Shown here piece after piece: positions 49,067 through 57,907 of a stretch of 64,000 nucleotides of DNA. Below the pieces are notes generated by a model. That model was not told where the DNA came from. It was given only the letters and a program-made list of their open reading frames with translations, and did not search any database. The DNA lies in assembly GCA_963776245.1 (NCBI GenBank), contig CAVZLN010000008.1:1-64000 (forward strand), in the 5' to 3' direction. The position numbers and the translations under genes are program-made. Source of the stretch: Candidatus Eiseniibacteriota bacterium (GTDB taxonomy: Bacteria; Eisenbacteria; RBG-16-71-46). Position 1 is the stretch's first letter. Every line of letters starts with the position of its first letter.

Positions 49067-50476
49067 TCAGGCGACCTGGGCGAGCTTACCGTAGCGCCTG
49101 CCGATCGCGATGGCGAGGAGGAGCCACACCACGATCAGTCCCACGTTCACCAGCGCGAACTGACGGGCGGCGAAGCCCAGCCAGGTCGTGCCCGCGAAGA
49201 CCATGCCCGCCGAGATCACGTCGCCGAAGCGCACGAAGAAGGTGTCGTTCGCCTGTTTGGCCTTGTACTTCGCCTCGCGACTGGTGGGCAGGTAGAGCTC
49301 ATTGCGCGTGGTGTTCTGCAGCGAGTAGTCCAGCGAGTTCTCCGCCAGCTTGGCGCCGCGGATGAATCCGATCAGCGGCACGAACGCCATCGCGGTGTAG
49401 CCGATCATCGCCACGACCGGCAGGATGAGCAGCGCGGTGCGCACCCCGAAGTACTTGAGCACGCGCGAGACGACGAACGCCTGGAGGACGGCCGAGATGA
49501 TGTTCACCAGCGTGAAGTAGTTGCCGTAGAACTCGCCGATCACCTTCTTCTCGTCCAGGCCGCCGGTGGCCGCGGCGCCGTGCGCCGCGGTGTAGAGCGA
49601 CACGACGGTCCGTCCGAGGATGTACTCGCCGTTCGTGTTCACGATGTTGTAGACCAGCATCAGGCCCGCGATCAGCAGCAGGTAGCGATCCGCGAACACC
49701 AGGGCGAAGCCGCTGCGACCGCTGATCGGCTGGTCCGCGATCTCACCCTTCGCTGCCCTCGCCCCCGCGCCGGCGGGCGCCGCCGCGGCGCCGGGCGTCG
49801 GGGTCGCGCGGTGGCCCTTCTCGCGGACGTTGATGACGCTCGTGAGCAGCATGCACACGCCGAGGATCGCCGCGGCGCCCAACATGAAGGGATACGGACC
49901 GTACGCCTTGACCAGCTGACCGGTGGCGAACGAACCGGCGATCGCCCCCAGCGCGGCCCCGACGCCCACGACCGCGAACAGGCGCTGGCCCTGCTCGACG
50001 GTGTAGATGTCGTTCGCGTAGGCCCACAACTGGGCGATGATCATCAGGCTGAAGATCCCCACCCAGATGAAGAAGGCCACCCCGATCGGCACGTTCGAAC
50101 GGCTGAGGACGAAGAACGTGATCAGGCAGGCGATGAAGAACATCGTGACGCCATTGATCAGCTTGACGCGGGAGACCCGCGACGCCACCGCGCTGTACAG
50201 CGGGACGACCAGGATCAGGAGGCCGGCGGTCGCCGCCGCCGCGTAGCTCTTCACCTCCGCCCCTCCGGGAACGCTCAGGATGAGCGGCTCCCGGATGGTC
50301 TTGAGCAGGTAATAGGCCGCCAGCAGCAGGAACACGTTGAGCATCAGGAGCAGCGCCGTCGCGCCCTCGCCACCGCGCACCTCGGCGAACAGGCCGAGCA
50401 CGTGATCGAGCGGCCCCTTGCGCCCGGCGCCCGCGCTTCCGGCCCGGGGTGCCTCGTTCGTCGCGATGGTCTGCAT
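49067..50476 (-). CDS. NTT/TLC-family (Npt1/Npt2-like) nucleotide translocase
   Basis: AYYLLKTIRE, LWAYANDIY..EQGQRLF, ENSLDYSLQNT, KYKAKQANDTFFVRFGD; multiple TM segments. Confidence 0.9.
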   Translation of the reverse strand: MQTIATNEAPRAGSAGAGRKGPLDHVLGLFAEVRGGEGATALLLMLNVFLLLAAYYLLKTIREPLILSVPGGAEVKSYAAAATAGLLILVVPLYSAVASRVSRVKLINGVTMFFIACLITFFVLSRSNVPIGVAFFIWVGIFSLMIIAQLWAYANDIYTVEQGQRLFAVVGVGAALGAIAGSFATGQLVKAYGPYPFMLGAAAILGVCMLLTSVINVREKGHRATPTPGAAAAPAGAGARAAKGEIADQPISGRSGFALVFADRYLLLIAGLMLVYNIVNTNGEYILGRTVVSLYTAAHGAAATGGLDEKKVIGEFYGNYFTLVNIISAVLQAFVVSRVLKYFGVRTALLILPVVAMIGYTAMAFVPLIGFIRGAKLAENSLDYSLQNTTRNELYLPTSREAKYKAKQANDTFFVRFGDVISAGMVFAGTTWLGFAARQFALVNVGLIVVWLLLAIAIGRRYGKLAQVA

Positions 50477-50520
50477 GTCGCTTCCTCCTGCGTGGGTCCG
50501 CCACGGCGCGGGTGCGTCGC

Positions 50521-52188
50521 CTATCGGACGGGTGGCTTGCTCGGTGCGACCGGGGGCTGCGCCCGCTTGCGCGCCGCGAGCGAATCGCGCTTCGCCGCCG
50601 CGACGGAATCGCGCACCGTGACCGCCCGGCTCACCTGCCGCCGGCTGGTCTCGCGTGGCGAGGGCTTGGTCAGGATGCGCTGGCTGTTCGCCAGGGTGTC
50701 CACCCTGGCCGGGTTAGACTTCTTGACGTCTCCCTCCTGCGGCGGAGTGGTCGGCGGCCCCTTCGGAAGGATGGGCATCTTGTGCTCGTCGATCCTGGGG
50801 ACGCCGTAACGCGTGAAGTCGATGCGCACCTTGTCGGCGAGCGTCGTCCTGGACTGCGCGTCCACCGCGTAGGTGTAGATCTCGCCGCCGCCGAACCACA
50901 GGCGCACATGGATGAAATGGTTGAAGGAGCCCGTGAAGACGTTCTCGGGCTTGACCGTGGAGCCCGCCACCCGGTACTCGGAGAACATCTGAGCGCTCTG
51001 TGCGGGCGGCGGGAGGGCGTGCAGGGGCGCTCCGCCGCCGCCGGTGACGATGTCGATCATCACGGCGTCGGGCCACGTGAACAGGGCGCGCTCGTAGGCG
51101 TGTTCGTGTCCCGCCGCGAGCACGCCGATGCCCGCGTCGTGCATCGCCGCCATCATGCGCTCGCGCCGCGCGCGCAGCACCGAGTCCGCCTGCCACTCGT
51201 CGCGATGGAAGGCGACGGAGAACGGCGGATGGTGCAGGAACACGAACGCGGGACCGTTGTGCTCCTTGAGCCGCGCCACCATCCAGCTGATCTCCTCGTC
51301 CGAGTACTTGATTTGGACCTCGCGCGTCCACAGATGGGCGGGATCCGCCATCGGGTTCGAGTCCAGCGCGATGAAGCGCACCCAGCCGTCCGCGGAGTCG
51401 AAGCAGTAGTAGAGGCGGTCGCCGCCCACCGGGAGCCCGGTGGCGGTTCGCCAGTTCGCGATGCCTTCCACGGCATCGGTGCGCTCGTGATTGCCCGCGA
51501 CCGGGAAGTAGGGCACGCGCGACGTGAGGGGCTGGTTGATCCTCAGGAAGCGCTCCCACTGCATGGGGCGGCGCCCATCGGTCACCAGGTCACCGGTGTT
51601 GATCACCGCGGCGACCATCTCCCCGTTGACGCGCAGCGAATCGATCTTGGCCAGCATCGCCGAGACCACCTTCCGTTCGGGGCCCCAGGTGGGGAGGTGT
51701 CGCAGCCGGCCGGGGATGTCCCGCAGCAGGGCGAGATCGGGGTACAGCCCGTGGAAGAACAGGGACGGGATGGCGGCCAGTCCCTTGAGGAACTTCCCCG
51801 AGCCGGGCAGGAACATGCCCCGGATCGCGTAGTACTGCGGCGCCAGCCGGGTCGAGCGGTTGCCCGGGCGATTGTCCCCGAGCAGCAGGATGTTCAGCGT
51901 GTCGGCGGTGAACCCATTGCGCAGGCGCCCGAGGTAGCGCCGGGACGAATCGGCCGTGCCCGGGATCAGGCCGATCAGCGTGTCCCCGAACATCGGACCC
52001 AGCTCCACCGCACCCGCGCGGCCACCCGCGCGCGCCCCGGCCGTCGAGTCGACCTTGACCGGCGCCACGGTCTGCGGGACGTAGCTGAGGCGCCCGATGG
52101 CGGCGCAGCCGGTCAGCGTCGCCGCGGCGACGCCCACCATCAGGACGAGTCCGATGCGCGTCGATGGGGAGTTTCCGCGCGGGGTCAT
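50521..52188 (-). CDS. Lipoprotein calcineurin-like metallophosphoesterase (purple-acid-phosphatase-like)
   Basis: Lipobox LTGC; GDNR, TGDLV, GNHE, HHPP, GHEHAYER; ATGA overlap with upstream gene. Confidence 0.9.
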   Translation of the reverse strand: MTPRGNSPSTRIGLVLMVGVAAATLTGCAAIGRLSYVPQTVAPVKVDSTAGARAGGRAGAVELGPMFGDTLIGLIPGTADSSRRYLGRLRNGFTADTLNILLLGDNRPGNRSTRLAPQYYAIRGMFLPGSGKFLKGLAAIPSLFFHGLYPDLALLRDIPGRLRHLPTWGPERKVVSAMLAKIDSLRVNGEMVAAVINTGDLVTDGRRPMQWERFLRINQPLTSRVPYFPVAGNHERTDAVEGIANWRTATGLPVGGDRLYYCFDSADGWVRFIALDSNPMADPAHLWTREVQIKYSDEEISWMVARLKEHNGPAFVFLHHPPFSVAFHRDEWQADSVLRARRERMMAAMHDAGIGVLAAGHEHAYERALFTWPDAVMIDIVTGGGGAPLHALPPPAQSAQMFSEYRVAGSTVKPENVFTGSFNHFIHVRLWFGGGEIYTYAVDAQSRTTLADKVRIDFTRYGVPRIDEHKMPILPKGPPTTPPQEGDVKKSNPARVDTLANSQRILTKPSPRETSRRQVSRAVTVRDSVAAAKRDSLAARKRAQPPVAPSKPPVR

Positions 52189-53525
52189 TGGGCCGCGACC
52201 GCCGGGGTGGTCGAGTCGCCGAGCCAGCGCCTCACCAGCATGTCGCGGCGCTCGATCAGGACGCGGGTCACGTAGTCGGCAGCGCGGGGATCCGAGTACC
52301 GCCCGGCCGCGACCGCCGTCCGGATCATCTCGTTCGAGAAGCCCCCGACGATCCGGGCCCCCCAGCGGATGTCCCGATCGGTGCGATCGTCGAAGGCGGG
52401 ATTGGGATAGTCGGGGCGCCATCCTTCGGGATCGAACACCTGAGATTCGACGAACCCGACCGAGGGGATCTCGGGGTCGATGCTGGCTTCCCACGCGAAC
52501 GGGACCAGCCCGAGCGTCAGGAGCTCGCGCCCGCTGACCCCATAGTCGATGTAGTACTCCGTGCCGGTCGGATAGGCGCGCTTCCCGGTGGCGCCGGCGC
52601 CGAGGATCGCGCTGAAGTCGATCAGGTGATGGCGGACGAAGGAACGGTCGGGACCTTTCACCCAGGTGTCGAGCGAGTTCGGCCCGCGGCTGTCCGCATG
52701 ATTGAGCCATGCGCACAGCGTCCACAGTCCGCGCAGCTCGCGCCGCAGCTCGTGCGGGACGAGGTCCTCGGGATCGTCCGGGCGCCGACCGAAGTACTGG
52801 TAGGGGCCGATCGGCTTGCCCTCGAGGAAACGGCTCGCGATGCAGCGGAAGCGGCCTTCGACCGGAGGCGGGACGTTGGCCAGCAGGCGCGCGAGGTAGT
52901 CCGGCGTGATGGGCTGCTTCCGCCCGCCGGCGTCGGTATAGGTCGCGTCCTTGGCGATGTCGAGATCCTCCGCCCGGAAGTAGGCGATGGCGTTGTCGGG
53001 CACGTTGTACCCGGCGGCCCAGAACAGGTGCGAGCCGATGACGTCGCACGCGCTGGCGAGATCGGCGTGGCCCGGCGGATCGAACTTCACGAGGAACCGG
53101 GCGCCAGTCGAGTCCTTGATCTGGAATCCGTGCGTCACGCCCTGGGCCTTGGCGTGCGTGACCTTCCAACGCCCGGCCGCGGGGCCGGTGCCGGGCCCGG
53201 GGCCCTTCATCATCTCCTCCGGAGTCACGGTCCGGAATCCGAGGCGCGGCTGCCACCAGGTGCTGGGCAGGCGCACCTGGTCGTGCTCGTCCACGTTCGC
53301 CGCTTCCCTCGGGTGGCCCGTGATCCTGCGCGCCAGCAGCGGGAGGTCGAAGAACCGCGTCGCCGGGCGCACCACACTGTTGCCGATCAGGTCGTAGTCA
53401 TAGGAGTACTCGCGTTCCGCGGGAGCCCGGGGTCCGGCGCTCTCCGGGCCTGCCGCGCGCACGGAAGAGGCCAGGGCCAGGGCGAGCCCGGCGAGGCAGG
53501 CGAGCCGGCGCGACACGTACTTCAT
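52185..53525 (-). CDS. Secreted protein with atypical protein-kinase-like (HipA/PI3K-like) motifs
   Basis: Signal peptide ..ASSVRA; KAQGVTHGF (Gly loop), FLVKFD (beta3 Lys), HADSRGPN (catalytic loop), LIDFS (DFG equivalent). Confidence 0.7.
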   Translation of the reverse strand: MKYVSRRLACLAGLALALASSVRAAGPESAGPRAPAEREYSYDYDLIGNSVVRPATRFFDLPLLARRITGHPREAANVDEHDQVRLPSTWWQPRLGFRTVTPEEMMKGPGPGTGPAAGRWKVTHAKAQGVTHGFQIKDSTGARFLVKFDPPGHADLASACDVIGSHLFWAAGYNVPDNAIAYFRAEDLDIAKDATYTDAGGRKQPITPDYLARLLANVPPPVEGRFRCIASRFLEGKPIGPYQYFGRRPDDPEDLVPHELRRELRGLWTLCAWLNHADSRGPNSLDTWVKGPDRSFVRHHLIDFSAILGAGATGKRAYPTGTEYYIDYGVSGRELLTLGLVPFAWEASIDPEIPSVGFVESQVFDPEGWRPDYPNPAFDDRTDRDIRWGARIVGGFSNEMIRTAVAAGRYSDPRAADYVTRVLIERRDMLVRRWLGDSTTPAVAAQ

Positions 53526-54871
53526 TCCACACCCCCGATCGAGAATCGCAGTCGCGCCGCCTCACGGCTGAAATCGAACCCGATCGAGGCACGGGGCGCG
53601 CGGTCGTCCCTCACCCGCAGCGCGAACCCGAACGAGTTGTGCAGCGTGTTGGGCTTCGCGTCGCTCCAGAGGTCCGGATAGACGGCGCCCCATTCCGAAT
53701 GAAGATCCATCTCGAGGCGCCGCTCGAGCGGGAAGACGTAATCGAGCCGCGTGAGCAGCAGGTCCAGGTCGTGGAATCGTCCGGGCGAATAGCCTCCCAG
53801 GCCGGCATGGCCGCCGAGCATGGAAAGGTCCGAGATGAGCAGACGATCCCGGTTCGAGCCGGCCTGCAGGTCGGCCATGCGCACCAAGAGCCGCACGGTC
53901 CGGGGGTCGCGCATGAACGAGAGCCCCACTTCGGCCTCGGCCTGGTAACGCGTGAACTGCGCGCCGCCGCCGGCGCTCGAGTGCAGCGCGAGCGCGTGGG
54001 TCGGCACGTCGAAGCGCTCCGCGGAGAGCAGCGCACGCCAGCCGCGGCTCCAGTGCGGCGATCCGGCGCGCCGGTCGTGCAGCACGCTGGCGCCATAGAC
54101 CAGGTTCTCGACGCGGCGGTCCAGCGTCATGGCCCCCAGCGCGGGAAAGCGCGTCTGGTAGGAGACCTCGCCGGTCTCGCGGCCCACGCGGGTGACCCGG
54201 CTGAGCGGGCCGCCCCAGAGGAGGAGGGCCGAATGCGTCCGCGCGGGATCGCGCTCGCGGTTCGACTCCCAGACCAGGCCGCCGCGTACGGACTCGCTCT
54301 GGCTGGCGTAGTCCGAGACGCTGTCCTCAGCGGCCCGGTTGCCGATGCCGTAGAACTGTTCCTGCGGCCGCCACTCGTAGCCGTACTGCAGGGACAGCGG
54401 ACGGCCGGACCAGGTCAGCCGGGTGCGATTGTAGGAGTGGAGCGTGCCGGCATATTCAGCGCTGGCCCGGCTCTCGAGCGCGCCGTGCAGCAGATCCTTG
54501 CGAACCTCGACCGCGCCTCCCAGACCGATCCGGTCCCCCATCGCCGGGGTCTTGAGCACGACCAGGCTTCCCCCGGTCCCCTGGGATGACGTCAGGACAT
54601 TCGCGAATCGCGGGCTCTGCTCGAGGCGGAAGAGCAGATCCCCGGTCACGAAGCCCAGCCCTGAGAGCGGCAGGGAGACGATCCTGCCCGGCAGCAACAG
54701 GGCCTGCTCCCAGCCCTGCCGCCTCGCCATCGCGTGCGGAGGATTCCACGGCACCCCGGACGACGCGCCGAGGGTGTCGGGAACCTCGGAGGCCGCATGG
54801 GCGGACCCGCCGAAGGCCACGGGTGACAGGAGCAGGAGGGCGATGAGCGGGGATCGTGCGACGAGCTTCAC
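53522..54871 (-). CDS. Omp85/BamA-like outer-membrane beta-barrel without evident POTRA domains
   Basis: Signal peptide ..GSAHA from GTG 54871; FYGIGN, LGGHAGLGGYSPGRFHD (loop-6-like motif), NSFGFALRV, RLRFSIGG; stop overlaps next ATG. Confidence 0.78.
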   Translation of the reverse strand: MKLVARSPLIALLLLSPVAFGGSAHAASEVPDTLGASSGVPWNPPHAMARRQGWEQALLLPGRIVSLPLSGLGFVTGDLLFRLEQSPRFANVLTSSQGTGGSLVVLKTPAMGDRIGLGGAVEVRKDLLHGALESRASAEYAGTLHSYNRTRLTWSGRPLSLQYGYEWRPQEQFYGIGNRAAEDSVSDYASQSESVRGGLVWESNRERDPARTHSALLLWGGPLSRVTRVGRETGEVSYQTRFPALGAMTLDRRVENLVYGASVLHDRRAGSPHWSRGWRALLSAERFDVPTHALALHSSAGGGAQFTRYQAEAEVGLSFMRDPRTVRLLVRMADLQAGSNRDRLLISDLSMLGGHAGLGGYSPGRFHDLDLLLTRLDYVFPLERRLEMDLHSEWGAVYPDLWSDAKPNTLHNSFGFALRVRDDRAPRASIGFDFSREAARLRFSIGGVE

Positions 54872-54992
54872 GTGCCATCCGAGTGGTGAGGGTTCGAGGT
54901 CGCGCTGCACCGGGAGCCGCGGGATGCCCCGCACGACCGGACGCCGCGTGATCGAGAGGGACCGCGCCGTTGGCGATCGGGACACGGAGGAC

Positions 54993-55117
54993 AGGGCACT
55001 TCTTGTGCCAGACGACAGGCGCGAACGGGCACGGCAATCGCCCCATCCATGGGGCCCCGGGGCCATGGACATGCGGTGCCTTGTAAGTCCTTCCCGCATG
55101 CCGGGCACGTCTTACAA
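54993..55117 (-). promoter_or_regulatory. sigma54 promoter with inverted upstream activator sites
   Basis: Minus CTGGCACAAGAAGTGCCCT (55011-54993), identical to 40902-40920; TTGTAAG-N23-CTTACAA 55081-55117. Confidence 0.82.
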
Positions 55118-55256
55118 CCCGGATCCGCGGCGCATCGGCGGCCGCCCGCCGTGCGCGCGAGGGAGGCGCGAGCGACTTCGGGAGAACGGCGGAGGCGCTC
55201 GAAAGACGTGCTCGCGCGGCCGACGCATCGAGACGGTGGATCGCGACCGGCCGGGC

Positions 55257-55425
55257 GGGACCGGGTTGAAGAAACTTCCGTGGCTTGAAGACTTCTCCAT
55301 CCCCGGAGCCCTCCGGACGCACCCAGGGGTCTCTCATCGGCTGGCGCCGATGGTCGCCAGGGCATTCGTCGGCAATGGGTTGTTGCGGCCGACGATCTTC
55401 CCGCGCACGCTGGCATCAATCTGGC
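55257..55425 (+). promoter_or_regulatory. Tandem activator sites plus sigma54-like promoter
   Basis: TTGAAG 55266 and 55285; 55257-55281 matches the reverse complement of 33048-33072 at 23/25 positions; TGGCAT-CAATC-TGGC 55411-55425. Confidence 0.68.
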
Positions 55426-55611
55426 TTTGGCCTGGGCATCAGAAGATCGGAGCACGAGCCGATCGGACATGTCGATGTGGGTGATGCAGCGCTGGAAATG
55501 CGGGCGGACTTGGTCAGGCCGCTGTTCGGCCGGGCAATGCGACGCGGCCTCGCTTGCCAACCCGATGTCCGCCCGCTTCATCTGTGCCGTGGGACGCATC
55601 CGCCGCGGAAC

Positions 55612-56505
55612 GTGTCTCGCACGGAGGTCCGCCTGAAGCACGCCGCATCCTATGCCGCGGCCACGACCGCGCTGCTCGTGCTTCTCGGTTCCGCGCTGCC
55701 CGCGCGAGCGCAGTTCAACTCGATCGCTCCGCCCTTCGCCAAACTGACCGGCGCGTATCTCTGGGGATCTCTCGGCTCACGCGACGTCCGGCGTCCCGAG
55801 CGGTTCTCCGTCGGCGACCGGCACCCGTTCGTGCGGGGTGGGTTCGCCATGATGCTGGGCCCGTTCGGCGGCCAGCCCGACACGACCGTGACGCTCGATT
55901 CGGTGCGGACCACGGTCGAATGGGTGCAGGCCAGGCCGAGCACGCCGGGCGCGACACGGATGGATACGGTGCGCACCGTTCGTGCCCTGCGCAGCCATCG
56001 CACGCTCCCCGGGCGCGACGGCTGGGTGTCGCTCGCCGTGGGCTACCAGTACGCGAGTGCGTATCGCGTGGACCTTCACGGTGACCGCGGCACCCTCGCC
56101 TCGACGTTCCCTGTGGGCGGGTTCTACGCCAGCGCGTTCTTCGGCCCGTTCCCGGTATGGCATGCGTCGCGGTTCGTCTTCTGGTACGGCACGCTGGGGG
56201 CCAACGTGTCGCAGCTGACCCAGGCCAACGGCCTATGCGACAGCACGCTGGTGCGGTTCGACACCGAGCGCGCGATGGCGCCGGAGGCGTCCCTGCTGCT
56301 GGGCTGGCGCGCGCATCGCGGCGTTCGCATCCTGGGCGGGATCGGTGCGCAGCACATCCGCTGGTCGTCGATCCGTTACCGCGCGCCGTCCGAACTGCCC
56401 CTGCCCGACCCGGTGATGCGAAAGCTGCCCGACGGGCTGCGGCTCACTTCGGTGCACTTCAGCCTGGGTGTGAGCTTCGACGCCAGCGACCTGTTCGGGA
56501 AGTAG
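55612..56505 (+). CDS. Hypothetical secreted protein, probable outer-membrane beta-barrel (start uncertain)
   Basis: Signal-like ALLVLLGSALPARA-QF; amphipathic strands; C-terminal HFSLGVSF. Confidence 0.6.
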   Translation: MSRTEVRLKHAASYAAATTALLVLLGSALPARAQFNSIAPPFAKLTGAYLWGSLGSRDVRRPERFSVGDRHPFVRGGFAMMLGPFGGQPDTTVTLDSVRTTVEWVQARPSTPGATRMDTVRTVRALRSHRTLPGRDGWVSLAVGYQYASAYRVDLHGDRGTLASTFPVGGFYASAFFGPFPVWHASRFVFWYGTLGANVSQLTQANGLCDSTLVRFDTERAMAPEASLLLGWRAHRGVRILGGIGAQHIRWSSIRYRAPSELPLPDPVMRKLPDGLRLTSVHFSLGVSFDASDLFGK

Positions 56506-56737
56506 CCCGGCCGGGACGCGCGCGACCCGCGCCACGCCCGATCGCTCCCGGGCGCGCCCGCGTCCGCGCCCCGCGCCGGTTGGGCGTTCGCCGGCGGACT
56601 GCTAGGCTGCCGCGGGACGTGCAGGGCTCCCCCGACGGTGTTCCTCATCCAGACCGCTGCGCCCGGCTGCTCCGGTGACTCTCGCCGGCACGAGGTGCGG
56701 TCCGCGACCAGCAGGCGGCTTCATCGGGAGCGAGAGC

Positions 56738-57907
56738 ATGCGGATGACGATGTCGAAGCGGACGCGCGGGTGGTCGATCGCCGCCGCGCTGGGGATCGTC
56801 GCGCTGATCGCCATCTTCTCAGTCCGCGGCCCCCGCGGCATCGAGGTGGAGGTGGTCCGCGCCGAGCCGGGGCTGGTCGAAGACGCGGTCTCCAACAGCC
56901 AGGCGGGGACCGTGAAGTCCCGGCAGCGTTCGCGCCTGGGGGTCGAGAGCACCGGGCGCGTGATCGCCATCCTGAGGCGCGAGGGCTCACACGTGCGCCG
57001 CGGTGAACTGCTCCTGCAGCTCGACCCGGTCATCGCGCGCGGCCAGCTCGACCTCGCCCGCCGCGAGGATGAGGCCGCGCGCGCCACGGTCGAGTCCGCC
57101 CAGGCCTCGGCCACGCTCGCCGAGCGCGACTTCCGGCGGGTCGAGGAGCTGTTCGGACAGGGACTGGCGTCGGCCGGGCAGATGGACGAGGCGCGCTCGC
57201 GTCATCAGACCGCGGCGGCCGGACTCAAGGCCGCGCGGGCGCGCCTCGAGCAGGCGCGGTCCTCGGCCCGCCTGGCGGCGGATGCGCTCGACCGGCTGCG
57301 CCTCACCGCTCCGTTCAGTGGCGTCGTCACCCAGCGCTACGTCGAGGTCGGGGAGTCGGTGGTGCCCGGTCAGCCGGTGCTCGAGCTGCTCGACCCGGGC
57401 ACCCTCTACGTGAGCGCGCCGATCGACGAGATGGACATCGGCCGCCTGCGAGCCGGGCCTGCCGTCGCGCGTCACCCTCGATCCCTATCCCGGCGTGGTC
57501 TGGCGCGGCACCGTGGTACGGGTCGCGCCGTTCGTCAACGACGTCCAGCAGCAGAACCGCACGCTCGAGATCGAGGTCACTTTGCCGCTGGAACCCGGCC
57601 AGCCGCTGCCCAAGCCGGGGGCGTCCGCCGACGTCGAGGTGATCCTCCAGCGCCGCGACGGCGTGCTGCGCGTGCCCACCTCCGCGGTGCTCGAGGGCCA
57701 CCGGGTGCTGGTGGCGGAGCGCGGGCGAGCGCTCTCGCGGGAGGTCACGACCGGGCTCAAGAACTGGGAGTGGACCGAGATCGCCTCGGGGCTGCGGCGC
57801 GGCGACCAGGTGATCACCAGCATCGACCGCCAGGGCGTCAAGCCGGGAGTGGCGGTGCAGGCACGGAGCGCGTCGCCGCCCTCCCCGCGGCGGGCGCGAG
57901 GCCATGA
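56738..57907 (+). CDS. Efflux membrane-fusion protein (MacA-like; frameshift ~57460)
   Basis: N-terminal [45 protein letters not shown]. Confidence 0.9.
   Translation: MRMTMSKRTRGWSIAAALGIVALIAIFSVRGPRGIEVEVVRAEPGLVEDAVSNSQAGTVKSRQRSRLGVESTGRVIAILRREGSHVRRGELLLQLDPVIARGQLDLARREDEAARATVESAQASATLAERDFRRVEELFGQGLASAGQMDEARSRHQTAAAGLKAARARLEQARSSARLAADALDRLRLTAPFSGVVTQRYVEVGESVVPGQPVLELLDPGTLYVSAPIDEMDIGRLRAGPAVARHPRSLSRRGLARHRGTGRAVRQRRPAAEPHARDRGHFAAGTRPAAAQAGGVRRRRGDPPAPRRRAARAHLRGARGPPGAGGGARASALAGGHDRAQELGVDRDRLGAAARRPGDHQHRPPGRQAGSGGAGTERVAALPAAGARP

Noticed and set aside
47243..50809. Very long opposite-strand or alternate-frame ORFs (e.g. 47243-50809, 19061-21511, 30578-32857, 6859-9144)
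   Set aside because: Shadow ORFs expected in very GC-rich DNA, antisense to well-supported genes, with no recognisable motifs
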